The notes beneath the pieces are model-generated. The model was not told where the DNA came from. It made no database searches and was given only the letters and a program-made list of their open reading frames with translations. Shown here in pieces: positions 51,327-63,025 of a DNA stretch of 64,000 bases. The stretch's first letter is position 1, and the number at the start of each line of letters is the position of its first letter. Origin of the DNA: Candidatus Bathyarchaeum tardum (GTDB lineage: Archaea > Thermoproteota > Bathyarchaeia > Bathyarchaeales > Bathyarchaeaceae); the NCBI GenBank assembly GCA_024650005.2, contig CP122380.1, positions 1,504,001-1,568,000 on the forward strand. The letters are read 5' to 3'. The position numbers were made by a program, and so were the translations under genes.

Positions 51327-51432
51327 TGGTGGGCGATGACGATTTTTGACCCACTGAATCGTGATTGAGATCTTGAGAAAAGCAGACACCAAAGTTTTGG
51401 TTGGTCCCTTTCAAGATTGCGTGAGCCCACCA
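51327..51432 (+). ncRNA. candidate K-turn/box C/D-like structured RNA
   Basis: 8-bp terminal stem TGGTGGGC/GCCCACCA; CGATGA, CTGA and GTGA boxes; inner stem ATCTTGA/TCAAGAT. Confidence 0.55.
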
Positions 51433-51590
51433 CCATTAAGGTTCCATTTTTGGTTGTGTTTGTAGCTCTTTGTGTTGTGCATGATTACATTTTGTTAATG
51501 TGTAGTACACATATGCAGTATTATGTCAAAAATCGTAATATATAGTTAAATGTGAAATAAGTACCAGATAATCAACAACAGAAAACGGTT

Positions 51591-51920
51591 GTGTACCAGT
51601 TGTCAGAAGCTAAAATTAAAAAAATTCTCACAAACGAAAAACTCTCTGCGATAAAAGCAGCTCTGGAAAAAGATCACGCGATTGATTGCATCTTTCTTTT
51701 AAAACTAGAAAACGGCAGATGGAAAAACGCAAAGTCCTTCATGAAAGATCTAAACCTCACCCTCAGCGACGGCACCTTCCGTTCAAGAATGATGGAACTA
51801 GAAAGCCTAGGCATCGCAAAAAGCGTAGCCATCGACCCCTTAAAGAAATATTATGTGATCACAGAACTAGGCAACAAAGTAGCCGACCTGCTCTTGAGCA
51901 TGTTTGACGAGTTAGAGTAA
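51591..51920 (+). CDS. winged-helix transcriptional regulator
   Basis: LSDGTFRSRMMELESLG...YVITELG. Confidence 0.75.
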   Translation: MYQLSEAKIKKILTNEKLSAIKAALEKDHAIDCIFLLKLENGRWKNAKSFMKDLNLTLSDGTFRSRMMELESLGIAKSVAIDPLKKYYVITELGNKVADLLLSMFDELE

Positions 51921-52060
51921 CTTTTTATTCTTTTATTGTTTTTTGGGCTTGTTTTTTGGTTATTTTTTTGGTTTAGTAATATGTTGTATTAAGTCGTAAG
52001 ATTTAAATCTGGATTCTGTATAGTTGACATGTGACAAATACAGGAGGGAAAGAAAACAAA

Positions 52061-52522
52061 ATGAAAAGACTCCTAAAAAATAAAAAAGCCTTAAGCCCAG
52101 TCGTAGCAGCAATCATATTGATCGCAGTAACAGTAGCAGTATCCATCGCAGTAGCAGCCTGGATGGGCTCACTAACCATCGGCTTCATGGAAACCAAAGA
52201 GGCAAAAATCACTGCAATGTCATTCGACAACATAATCATTACTGGTACAGAAACCAGTGGCGTACTCAACGTTACAATATCTAACACAGGAACAGCCAAA
52301 GTTAACATCGCTACAATCAGAATTAATGGCGCAAATGTAGATGCATTGGATGTTTATACTGCAACAATAACAGCACAAACTCTTCCAATTCAACTTGAAC
52401 CCGCATCGGGTCCAGTTACTTACGTAATTGACCTTGGATCATGGACTGCTGGTAACAAATACGCTGTTAGCTTGTATGAAACTGATGGAACATTAGTCGG
52501 CTCTTTCACAGGCACTGCTTAG
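52061..52522 (+). CDS. archaeal type IV pilin (class III signal peptide)
   Basis: KKA/LSPVVAAIILIAVTVAVSIAVAAW. Confidence 0.9.
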   Translation: MKRLLKNKKALSPVVAAIILIAVTVAVSIAVAAWMGSLTIGFMETKEAKITAMSFDNIIITGTETSGVLNVTISNTGTAKVNIATIRINGANVDALDVYTATITAQTLPIQLEPASGPVTYVIDLGSWTAGNKYAVSLYETDGTLVGSFTGTA

Positions 52523-52606
52523 GCTTGAATCAGGAATTTTCAACTTGAAATTGGGGTTGGCTTCGGCTGCCCTATTTTCCTTATCTTTGGAGGTGTAAAA
52601 TAACAA

Positions 52607-53032
52607 ATGGTAGTAGAATTAAAAGAATATGAATCCGCAGTCGACATAGCTAAAGCTATGGACGATGATATTTCAAAAACCAAAAGTGTACTAGGTGAAT
52701 ACTTACGCAGACTGGATTCCATACGGAATTTAGCTGAGAGATCAAAGAAGATACGAGAAGTAGTCTTCAAACTCGCGGGCAAAAAATCAGCCCAAGAAAG
52801 TCTCGGCGAAATGACCGTTGGGGACTTGAGCGTAATCCTAGATGCTAACCCGTTCCATGAACTAACTGCAATTGAGCAAGTAGTTCGCAGCCAACAAGAC
52901 AGGCTACTGGTGCTACAAAAAGCCCGGGAAGCACTGAACTGGGTTGACCAAATCGGGGACACGGAAGGACTCAAGTACATAGTGCTAGAAAGCGACGGGG
53001 TTCCAGAACAAATACTGCTCAAAATCTCATAG
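52607..53032 (+). CDS. coiled-coil hypothetical protein
   Basis: GGAGGTG RBS; helical 141-aa ORF. Confidence 0.7.
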   Translation: MVVELKEYESAVDIAKAMDDDISKTKSVLGEYLRRLDSIRNLAERSKKIREVVFKLAGKKSAQESLGEMTVGDLSVILDANPFHELTAIEQVVRSQQDRLLVLQKAREALNWVDQIGDTEGLKYIVLESDGVPEQILLKIS

Positions 53033-53054
53033 ATTGGGCAGGAGTTGAACAAAA

Positions 53055-53810
53055 ATGAACAGGGACCCTTACGTTACTGCACTAAACAACGCATTAACTG
53101 AAATCCAAAAGGCGTACCCTGACATCACTCACTCTTTCATTTTTACTGACAACGGCGCAACTTACGCAGGTGAAACAGAAACCGATGCTACACTGTTAAA
53201 CAAAGTTTTAGAATCTTTCGAAGAATTAAAACAAAAAACCAAAGCAATTGGCAACATCACCAAATATTCAGTTAACTGCGAAAACGGCAAACTATACATG
53301 TCAAACATTAACGGCATGTACTTTATGTTGGCAACTAATGAAAACGCCGATGATGCCCAAATTTATTCCCTTACCCATGTGGTTATCCCACCACTTTTGA
53401 AAACTTTGCAAACCTTTGCTGGACAAAAAAGTGCCCAAATGGACAGTATACAAAATAGTTCAGCAAAAAATGTAACTAAACTTCAAAACAATCCAACGGG
53501 CGCTCAGTCTCACCTCCAAGAGGAAACTACCGTCAATTTGGTAGTAAATCCTTTGAGTGGTTTCTTTGATGGCGACTCAGTGCAAATTGATGAAACCACA
53601 TTAAACGACTGGAGCGAAAACGAAGCAGATGGAGAAGACATCAAATACGTTAAAATCGAAACCATTAATGGAAAATCTACAAGATGCAAAGTAAAAAAGA
53701 TCACTGTGGGCAACATGAAAGGCAAAAACTTCATTCGAATGCCAGCAAAATACTGCGACGTACTTAAAGTAAAAGGCGGCGACAGGGTAAACGTCTCGCC
53801 AGACCTATAG
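53055..53810 (+). CDS. roadblock/longin-like N-domain plus beta-barrel C-domain protein
   Basis: ITHSFIFTDNG alpha/beta N-terminus; C-terminal IRMP....LKVKGGDRVNV. Confidence 0.55.
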   Translation: MNRDPYVTALNNALTEIQKAYPDITHSFIFTDNGATYAGETETDATLLNKVLESFEELKQKTKAIGNITKYSVNCENGKLYMSNINGMYFMLATNENADDAQIYSLTHVVIPPLLKTLQTFAGQKSAQMDSIQNSSAKNVTKLQNNPTGAQSHLQEETTVNLVVNPLSGFFDGDSVQIDETTLNDWSENEADGEDIKYVKIETINGKSTRCKVKKITVGNMKGKNFIRMPAKYCDVLKVKGGDRVNVSPDL

Positions 53811-53821
53811 AGGGTGATTGT

Positions 53822-54172
53822 TTGTTAGCAAAAAACGTCGAAAAACAAAAAAATGATGAACTGCAAGCAAAACTGCAGGACATCAAAAAACAAGAAGGAA
53901 TCATCGGGTTCATCATACGCGGACCAGAAACAGCAGCAATCGACATTAAAGATCCTAAAAAAATCATCGAATACGCATCTTTGTCTTCAGCAGCATTCGA
54001 AACAAGCAATGACATTTGCAAAAACGTTGAAATCGGCAAAGTAAACAACTTGGTTGTTGAAAGTGAAGACACAAAAATCTTGTGCACCACCGTAAACGAC
54101 CAAAACATCAGCATATTCATGGAAAAAACAGTCAACCACGACAAACTATGCAAAGACCTGAACAGTTCCTAA
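53822..54172 (+). CDS. Roadblock/LC7 domain protein
   Basis: LQDIKKQEGIIGFIIR..., EIGKVNNLVVESED. Confidence 0.7.
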   Translation: MLAKNVEKQKNDELQAKLQDIKKQEGIIGFIIRGPETAAIDIKDPKKIIEYASLSSAAFETSNDICKNVEIGKVNNLVVESEDTKILCTTVNDQNISIFMEKTVNHDKLCKDLNSS

Positions 54173-54385
54173 CCTTAATTTTTTTAATTCCTAAAACTAG
54201 CCAAGTTACAACTCGCTTGCTTAGTTTGTTTTTATCATTATTTCTTGGGTTCTTTCAGTGTTCACCAAATTTTTTTCAAAAAACTGTTTTCAGAGATAAA
54301 CCTAAAAGCCAAAATAGAGTAATGCTCAGCAATGCAACATCATTGTTCATGTTAAACTGCAACAAAACAAACCGAGAGAAAAACC

Positions 54386-55222
54386 ATGGGAAAACTAACA
54401 GGCTTTATCCAAATAATACGACCCCTGAACTGCTTAATGATGGGGTTTGCAGTTATTGTCGGTGCCTCGTTGGTTTCGGATCTTAGTTTTAACTCGAATT
54501 TGCTGTTTGCTTTTTTGACTGCATTCACGTTAACTGGTGCATCCATGGTAGTAAACGACTATTATGACCGCAAAATCGATGCCATAAACGAACCTAACCG
54601 CCCAATACCAAGGGGAGATGTATCACCCCAACAGGCACTAGTTTACGCTTTGACCTTAAGCGTTCTTGGATTGCAAGCAGCGTACATGACTAACTTGTCA
54701 AGCCTTGCAGTAGCCATAGCAGCATGGATAATATCGATAACGTACATCACCAAAGGAAAAAGCACAGGATTGCCAGGAAACTTTTTGGTCAGCGCAACAG
54801 TGGTCATTCCGTTTATTTACGGAGGATTAGCAGTAGGACAACTTCAAACCTCAACCTTGCTGTTTGTAGCAATCGTGTTTTTCTCAAACACAGGACGAGA
54901 AATAACAAAAGGCATAGTAGACGTTGAAGGAGACAAATCTCACAAAATTAAAACAATTGCAGTAACTTTTGGAGAAAAAAACGCAGCAATCGCAGCAACA
55001 ATATTCTCCCTTATCGCAGTAACCTTAAGCCCCTTGCCCTGGCTTTGGGGACTAGTTTCAGACTGGTTTTTGCCAGCAGTAATCATAACAGACATTGGCC
55101 TAGTTGCATCTGCAATTATGTTGCTAAAAGATTACTCACGAAGCAACGCCAAAAAAATAAAAAACATGCATCTAGCATGGTTCATAACTGGACTTGTAGC
55201 ATTCATAATGGGAACAATATAA
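54386..55222 (+). CDS. UbiA prenyltransferase, digeranylgeranylglyceryl phosphate synthase
   Basis: RPLNC, NDYYDRKIDAINEPNRPIP, REITKGIVDVEGD. Confidence 0.9.
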   Translation: MGKLTGFIQIIRPLNCLMMGFAVIVGASLVSDLSFNSNLLFAFLTAFTLTGASMVVNDYYDRKIDAINEPNRPIPRGDVSPQQALVYALTLSVLGLQAAYMTNLSSLAVAIAAWIISITYITKGKSTGLPGNFLVSATVVIPFIYGGLAVGQLQTSTLLFVAIVFFSNTGREITKGIVDVEGDKSHKIKTIAVTFGEKNAAIAATIFSLIAVTLSPLPWLWGLVSDWFLPAVIITDIGLVASAIMLLKDYSRSNAKKIKNMHLAWFITGLVAFIMGTI

Positions 55223-55228
55223 AACTGT

Positions 55229-55555
55229 TTAACAGATTTTGCTTCCGGCAGCAACATCTTTTTCTGGAGAAACCAAAGCAACGTTTCCTTGTTCGTCTTC
55301 TGCAGCGAGAATCATGCATTGAGATTCAATTCCCATTAGTTTTCTTCGCTCCAAATTTGTAAGAAACAAAAATTTTTTGCCCACTAACTCGTCGGGCTGA
55401 TAATATTTCAACAAACCTGCTACACATTGCCTTTTTTCCGAACCAAAATCAACAACAAGTTTCAACAAATTTCGAGAATCGGGAACAGATTCTGCTTCTT
55501 CAACTTCACCGATACGGATATCCAGTTTTGTGAAATCTTCATAACTAATTTCCAT
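55229..55555 (-). CDS. tRNA-binding OB protein (Trbp111/CsaA/MetRS C-terminal)
   Basis: DFTKLDIRIG, NLERRKLMGIESQCMILAA. Confidence 0.9.
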   Translation of the reverse strand: MEISYEDFTKLDIRIGEVEEAESVPDSRNLLKLVVDFGSEKRQCVAGLLKYYQPDELVGKKFLFLTNLERRKLMGIESQCMILAAEDEQGNVALVSPEKDVAAGSKIC

Positions 55556-55645
55556 GGTTAAATCACTTGACCTAATTTTTAGGTCTCATTGCATGCTTTA
55601 AATTTATGTGCGATTCAAAAACTTGAATTTTACTAACAGCCAAGG

Positions 55646-58600
55646 TTACTCCAGTCCATGATTAAGTTTATTTTCATTTTCTGTAGGTATGTCTATAACG
55701 AATTTGGCGCCCTTGTCAGGAATGCCGGTTTCTTTTATGGTCCAGTTGTAAACTTCACACATTTTTCGAATCAAGTATAAACCATAGCCGGTTCCTTTGC
55801 CATAGCCTTCATTGAAGATTAATTCTTTTTCTTGTTCAGGTATGCCTATACCATCATCTTCATATAGCAAATTCAAATGATCCTTTGATTCTTCAAAGTA
55901 AACCTTAACTTGGGTGACCTTTTTTCCATGAGTTAACGAGTTATGCATCAGATTATAGAACACCTGAGTCAATAACGAATCAGCAAAAACTGAAAGCCCG
56001 TCACAGCTGTTGACTAAAGCTATTTCTCCCAAATCTAAACTAATTGCAGCTGCATTAACACAAGAACCCACATCAATTTGGGACATTTCTTCGATGCCTA
56101 ACTGTTCATAAAGGCGAGCAAAATCAAAAATGCTGCTTATCTGTGAAATGGCTTTTTCAGCATTTTCAAGATTCTTTAACGCTGGAGTGTCTTTTGCAAG
56201 AGTGCGTTTAGCCAAATACAAATTGTTTGCAATAACAGAAAGCTTATTTCGAGCATCATGACGAGATAAACGCCCAACAACATTTAATTTTTCGTTCATC
56301 TGGGTAGCTCGATTTTTTCCAGACTCTAATTCCTCAAGTATTTTGCTGTTTCTTAAAGCAATAACAGCAATTTTTCCAAAAGCTACAATTATTTGGGCAT
56401 CTTGTTCCGTGAATCCCCCTGGTTTATTAGCTAAACCAATTAATCCAACAGGTTCTTCATCCAGAATCATTGGCCCAAACAACACATTTTCCAGTTTAAC
56501 ATGTCCTTTGGGAAGAAAACCTTCAAATTCAGAATCACCAAAACTGTTTTCATAAACAGGTTTTCCCGTTTTGTAGACTAATTCTCGAAGACCACGAATT
56601 GGCATGGGAAGAGTCGGATCAACAGTACAATTCAAATCACCTGAACTCAAAAACACAACTTCATTTTCTAGACCATCATCACTTAGTAAAGCAACATACC
56701 CTGCAGTTGCTTCAATTAATTCTTTAGATTCATTGAAGATAATTGACGCTGCATCCTTGAATTTTCGATGCTCTAAAACTGCCCGAGAAGAAGTTAACAA
56801 ACCTTCAATCATCATTTGCCATTTTGCCAATTCAGCCAAGGCGTCTTGGACTTTCTCTTCAGCAACTCGACGTTCAGTTATGTTTCTGCCATAAATGTTA
56901 CAGTATCCTTTATCAGAAAAAGGAGTGATTGAAAACGAAAACCTGATCATCACAAACTACTTCAATTTCTTCAAGGGAATTCAATTCAAGGCACCTGAAT
57001 ACTGCTTCTTGAAGCTCTTGGGGCAAAAATTGTTCTCCATCTTTTATTGTTGCCCAGCAGTGTTTTTGAACTGCATGATTAGCATAAATTATAACTCCTG
57101 CTTTTGTTACCCTTAGAACTGGATCGGGGTTTTCATCAGGAAACCTTGCTAAGTACCTAATTTCTTTTTCATTTTTTTTGCGTTCAGTTACATCTTCAAA
57201 AACAGTAACAAAACTTCCTTTTTTTATCGAAAACACTGATATCTTGAAATCTTTTCCCATCGGAGCAAAATGGGATTCAAAACGTTCCGGTTCACCTGTT
57301 TCGGCAACTTTAGCGTAAATTTCAAAAAACGGAGGTTCATTAGCAGCATACAAAACAGTAGCGGTTTTTCCTACAGCGTCTTCACGTTTGATAGATACGA
57401 TTTCTTCAAATCTTTTGTTTACATCCAAGATTATGTAATTGTTTGGATTCCCTTCGATATCATAGGTTAATTCATGAATTGCGACACCCTCTTGCATGTT
57501 CATGAATAAACTTCTGAACATAGACTCACTCTCAGCAATTTTTTGTTCAGCATTCTTTTGTTCGGTAATGTTAATTGAAATAATTTGGCATCCAATTATT
57601 TGGTTTTGGAAATTAATTATTGGCTTATAAACTGAACTGAACCATTTTTCTCCAGAGGGCAATTTTATATTATCTTCAAATTTTTGTATAGTTCCTGATT
57701 CAGTAATTTCTTTGATCCTATCAAGAATTATATGCCCCATCTTTTGCCCAAAAACATCTTTGGCATTTTTTCCAACAAAATCGTCAAGACCACCTTGCAT
57801 ATATTCGCAAGCTTTAGGATTTAACAAAGTTATGGTGCCTTTTAGATCATAGTGACCGATTCCAAATTGTGAAGTATTTAATAGATTTTTTAACACAGTT
57901 AAGTTGTCTTTTAATTTAAACTCATTTTCTTTCATTTGAGTTATATCAAAAAAATAGTGAACATAAAGTTCATCATTATAAGGAGCCCAGATTCCACGGT
58001 ACCATCTACCACGATATTTTACTTCTAAGGTTTTCACATCATCTGTTTCCCATACTTCGGGGGCTCTACAAAAAGCACATGGGTCACCTCTTTTTGCACA
58101 TGTTTGATAACAAGTTTTTCCTGGAAATGCACCAAATTCCTTAGCAAGTTTATTTGAAGCAACAATTTCACGAGTGTTTTTCCTTAAAATCAGGGCAGCA
58201 CCAGGAATATTATCAAGAAGAACATTTTTCAAACTAATTTCTTCACTTAATTTTTTATCAATCAGTTTAGATTCAGTTAAATCAATCGCAATTTCTGTGG
58301 CGCTAACAATTTCTCCAATTTCATTTCGTATCGCAGTAGCAGTAATCTCTAGATGTTTAACTGTTCCATCGGGTTGACGAACAGTTTGGTAATGAATAAC
58401 CTGATCTTTACAGGTTTCAAAAATCTCTTTAACGCCACAATTCGCACAAACTGATTTTTGGTTGTTTAATACGCTGTAACACTTTTTTCCAAGCACATCA
58501 CCATAAGTGCCAGTGATGACTTTGTTTGCATATAAAACCTCATAATCTTTTGAAATTATTGTAAGGTCAGCATTAATGTGACGGGTAACAGTGTCTAACA

Positions 58601-59441
58601 TTTCATAATTTCTAAGTAGCTGTTGTTCAATTTTTTTCTCATCAGTTACGTCATTGTAAATTGAAACAATTTCACCAGAAGGAAGCTTATATGTGTAAGA
58701 ATTTCGAATACTCTCTGGTTTCCCAGATTCAGAATAAACCGAGTTACTATATTCTGGTTTTCCAGTTTTCCAAACCCTTCTAAAAACATCTAAAAATCCA
58801 TCTTTTGCTCCCGGAAAGACCTCGAGCACATCTTTTCCAATCAAGTCTGCTTTTTTTACACCTTCAATTTTTTCTGCACTTTTGTTAAAATCACTAAAAA
58901 CGAAAAAGTTGCCATTATCTTCGACTGTATATACTGCAACACCACTACGCATGTTATCAAATAATTCTCTGAAACGAGTTTCACTTAATAACAACCTTTT
59001 TTCGGCACGCTTATTTTTAGCCAATTCCAAAAGCACATGAGATAATTCACCAAAAACAGTTTCAGGCTTTCCTACTTTGTTGATGTAATAATTTGCACCT
59101 AAATTCAACGCTTTTACAGCAACTTCTTCCCGACCTTTTCCAGTAAACAAAATAAACGGAGTATTATCACCTTGTTCCCGGACTTCTTTGAGAAAGTCTA
59201 AACCATTCTTCAGGGGCATCTGGTAATCTGAAATAATTTCATCAAATTCTTGTCCATTCAACAGCTTAAGGGCTTCATCAACTGAAGAGCACGTGACCAC
59301 TTCAAAAGGACCAACATCTTCCAAAATTTGTTTTGCAGTAATTTGTAGACCTGAATCATCATCTACGTACAGAACCTTAACTGTCAAATCACAATGATCA
59401 GCAAGGGGTGGGATGAATTTATCCAATGTTATTGAAGACAT
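55646..59441 (-). pseudogene. REC-multiPAS-GAF histidine kinase split by a frameshift near 56935
   Basis: 842-aa REC/PAS ORF overlaps a 435-aa GAF/HK ORF (RHDARNKL); the last PAS domain continues across frames (DDQV|FSFSITPF). Confidence 0.8.
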
Positions 59442-59721
59442 GATCGGAACAACTAGCCTTAATATTGCAATTAATTACTAATTCAAAAAAATATGAATTA
59501 AAGAATTTAATAATTACGAACGCTAAGTATGAATACAAAATATTGTTATTCAAATTGTAAACATTTTCAATCATCAAAAAAAAGGATTAATGATCCGACA
59601 ACTATGAAATATCTTGATTTTTATATTACTATGAACACATAAACAGAAATGTTTTAGAGATCATCAACAAATTACGAAGTACTAAAAAAGAGAAAAAACT
59701 CAAACAGCTATTTCGAGTTTT

Positions 59722-60294
59722 TCAATCTCTTATTTCTTTTACGTACACTGTTGCTAACATACAATCTCCAAGTCGCTGACAAAGGATGCACTCTTGAGGA
59801 ACAGGTTCATCCTTGGGTCTACTTGATAAATAACCAAAATGGTGAAGACAACCCGAAAAGAATCGGTCTTCGCTAGCTGCTACAGAATTCTTGCTAACAG
59901 ATTTTCTTGTACAGTTTCCTTGTTTAACTTCATTATGCTTTTGGCTTTTTTGTGAAGACATCATTAACAGCGGTTCCACTTCTGAATTTACAAGCATACG
60001 ATTTCGAATAAACATAACAGCTCCAGCACCAAAGAACGCCAAAGCAACATAGACATAATTTATCAGCGTCATGCCTATTCCTAGGCTTATTGCTTCACCA
60101 GTTCGGGAACCAAAAAATATTGTTCCCATGTCTTTGTTCCAGACAGTAACATCGTTTATTGTCAGAGATCCAACCCAAACCAAAACCAAGGCTCCAACTG
60201 CAAACAAACTGAAAATAATTAAGTTTGGCATCGAACGTAGAAAATCAAATTTTGACAATAACGAATCTGTTGACATTTCTTCTCCTCGCTGCAT
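59722..60294 (-). CDS. membrane protein with C-terminal Cys/His metal-binding motif
   Basis: 2 TM helices; CLHHFGYL...PQECILC..LGDC. Confidence 0.7.
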   Translation of the reverse strand: MQRGEEMSTDSLLSKFDFLRSMPNLIIFSLFAVGALVLVWVGSLTINDVTVWNKDMGTIFFGSRTGEAISLGIGMTLINYVYVALAFFGAGAVMFIRNRMLVNSEVEPLLMMSSQKSQKHNEVKQGNCTRKSVSKNSVAASEDRFFSGCLHHFGYLSSRPKDEPVPQECILCQRLGDCMLATVYVKEIRD

Positions 60295-60981
60295 TTTTAG
60301 CCTGATTTACTCTTATTTTTCCAAGGAGTATTTAGTATTGATGAACCTTGGATATATTTACAAAATCTATTACAGTAATTCATGTATTTCTCAAAACAGC
60401 ACAAAAAATTTTGGTACTTAATCAGTTCTAACTGGACATAAACAAAACAAGCTACCCAGCAAAAGGAACCTAATCAAAGGTTGTTCCATTGGAAGCATTC
60501 GGGTTTAGGGATATTTCAACATGATATATACATTGTAAATAAATGATGCAAATGAAATTGCCGCAACAAAAATGCTGCCATTATTTCTTGCTCGGCTTCT
60601 ACAGTTACAATGACTCCCGTTGGACCTTGCATCCGATCGCACAACCTTCTTTGCAAGGAAAAACAAGAACCAAAATGATAATTCTGTAAACCAATCCAGT
60701 AATGATTCCAATAACCAATCATCGTAACTGATTCTTATGAATCAACAATAAAGTGCTCAACGATTGTGAAACTAGACGACAGGAGTAAAACAGAAAAAAT
60801 CAGAGGCAACAACAAAAAATATTGATCCAATCATTGCTTAGAATTCCCCTTCCAAATAAATTGGTTAGAAATATTCTTAAAACTTTGAAGGTCTCAGATT
60901 ATTATAATGAGCAAGGCAAAACTTGTTTAACGTAGAATATATTGAATAAAAGCAAACTCAAACAGTAAAGGTTATAAAAAA

Positions 60982-61905
60982 ATGAAGCGGCAAACTTTTT
61001 TTGAAATCGCAGAACAAGCTTTTCAAAAATGGTTAAGAAACCATTCCTCGTTACGGGCTGCTGCTCTTGCATATTTCATTATGTTGCCCCTTCCTTCGCT
61101 GTTTCTTATTGCGATGATTATTTTGTCCCAGGTCTATGGGTTTTCAAACTCGTTCCAAACATTGATGCAACAACTAACAACCATCGTAGGTCCAACTGTT
61201 GCTAATCTAGTTGAACAAATTTTAGGTACCGTGTCATCCCCTTTCACGTCTGTTATCACGTCAATTGTAAGCGTTGCGTTCACATTTGTTGGAGCAATAG
61301 GAGCATTTGGAGTTTTACAAGACACAATGAACACAATCTGGGAAGTTAAACAACCCAAACTAAATTTTAAACAAAAAATCAAGCGCAAAGTGGCTCCATT
61401 CTTTTTAATTTCTTTTCTGGGACTAGTTATAATGGCATGGACAGGGATAACCACCTTTTTGTTAGAATCCATAACGTATTTACTGGTTCCAGTTGTTTCA
61501 AACGCAATTTATGCTCTTATTCAAGTAACCCAACTCATTTTGTCTTTTGGATTAGCAACTCTGGTGTTTGCAGTAATGTACAAATATATTCCAGAAACCC
61601 AAATCAGCTGGAAAGACGTTCGCGGAGCAGCAATTCTTACAGGCTTAATTTTCACGGTAACCAACTATTTGATTGGAATAATTCTAGAAACCTTCACTGT
61701 TACTTCAGTTACAGGAGCAGCAGGGGCAATAATGATTTTATTAATATGGATTTACCTAATTACGCAACTACTGATTTATGGAGTAGCATTCTCCAAAGCG
61801 TATTCAGAAAAAATGGGCTCAAATGCGCCAGAAGATAATGAAACAGCAAAAACTGAGCCACCAATTATTCCAGCAAAGTCTATAAACTCAGGACATGAAA
61901 ATTAG
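60982..61905 (+). CDS. YihY/BrkB family membrane protein
   Basis: AAALAYF, LQDTMNTIW, YKYIP, LIWIY. Confidence 0.9.
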   Translation: MKRQTFFEIAEQAFQKWLRNHSSLRAAALAYFIMLPLPSLFLIAMIILSQVYGFSNSFQTLMQQLTTIVGPTVANLVEQILGTVSSPFTSVITSIVSVAFTFVGAIGAFGVLQDTMNTIWEVKQPKLNFKQKIKRKVAPFFLISFLGLVIMAWTGITTFLLESITYLLVPVVSNAIYALIQVTQLILSFGLATLVFAVMYKYIPETQISWKDVRGAAILTGLIFTVTNYLIGIILETFTVTSVTGAAGAIMILLIWIYLITQLLIYGVAFSKAYSEKMGSNAPEDNETAKTEPPIIPAKSINSGHEN

Positions 61906-62016
61906 ATCACTAAGTGTTGGATGTACTAATCCCTTAAAAGAAAGATTTAGTCTTTTAGGTTACTACCAAAAAAATATACCAAGTAACATCAGAGGGAAAA
62001 ACTCTGATCCAAAAAA

Positions 62017-62970
62017 TTGAGTGAACTAAAAGTGACGGTTTGTACCCTGTGCAAAAGAAATGATGCAGTTTTTGGCCGTAGTTATTCAGGAGAGAAACTG
62101 TGCAAACGATGTTTTTGTAGAACCGTCGAAGACAGGGTAAGAAAAACCATTGCAAGATATGACATGTTAAAGCCAATAGACGAGTTCATGCTGGCAGTTT
62201 CAGGAGGCAAAGACAGCATAACTTTACTGCACATTCTTGCCAAGCTTGAGAAAGGCTTTCCTGGAGTAAAATTTTGCGCTGGAACAGTTGATGAAGGTAT
62301 ACGAGATTACCGGGATGAAGCACTAAAAATTGCCAAAGACAACTGCAAAAAACTGGGAATAGACCATGTAGTTGTGTCTTTCAAAGAACTTTTTGGTTAT
62401 GAACTGGACGAAATTGTAGAATTAATAAAAAAGAAACAAAAGAAGGGATTAACAGCATGCAGTTACTGCGGAGTGCTACGGCGCAGAGCCCTTAACACCT
62501 TAGCTAGGGAGAAGGGTTTCAAAAAACTCGTTACTGCTCACAATCTTGATGATGAAACCCAGACCATGCTTCTTAATGTGATTCACGGTGACCCTTTTCG
62601 AATTGGCAGGGCTAAACCTGTTTTGAATGTTATTCATCCCAAACTTGTGCAACGGGTGAAACCGTTATGCATGGTTCCAGAAAAAGAAGTCGTGTTTTAT
62701 TCTTACCTTAAAGGAATCGAGTTTCAATGCATAGACTGCCCGTACGCTCAAGATGCCCTAAGAAACGACATTCGAGACATGCTCGGACGAATAGAACATA
62801 AGCACTCTGGAACATTATTCACTGTTTTCAAGTCCATGGAAAAACTTCAACCCGCATTGGAAGATTACATAAAACAAACAAAATTAACAGAATGCAAAAT
62901 ATGTGGAGAACCAACAGTTGAAGACATTTGTAGACCCTGCGAAATGCTCCAAGAAATAAAGGTACTTTAG
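62017..62970 (+). CDS. tRNA 2-thiolation protein (TtuA/Ncs6, TIGR00269-like)
   Basis: SGGKDS PP-loop, CSYCGVLRRR, AHNLDD, terminal Zn fingers. Confidence 0.92.
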   Translation: MSELKVTVCTLCKRNDAVFGRSYSGEKLCKRCFCRTVEDRVRKTIARYDMLKPIDEFMLAVSGGKDSITLLHILAKLEKGFPGVKFCAGTVDEGIRDYRDEALKIAKDNCKKLGIDHVVVSFKELFGYELDEIVELIKKKQKKGLTACSYCGVLRRRALNTLAREKGFKKLVTAHNLDDETQTMLLNVIHGDPFRIGRAKPVLNVIHPKLVQRVKPLCMVPEKEVVFYSYLKGIEFQCIDCPYAQDALRNDIRDMLGRIEHKHSGTLFTVFKSMEKLQPALEDYIKQTKLTECKICGEPTVEDICRPCEMLQEIKVL

Positions 62971-63025
62971 AATTTATCGAAAGGTTCTTTTTAGTCAAAA
63001 ATATCTTGAAAGGCAGTGAACTTTA

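Noticed and set aside
51327-51435. tRNA gene (ends in CCACCA)
   Set aside because: no T-loop TTCRA and no cloverleaf
60505-60830. overlapping small minus-strand ORFs
   Set aside because: possible degraded membrane gene, but no recognisable family
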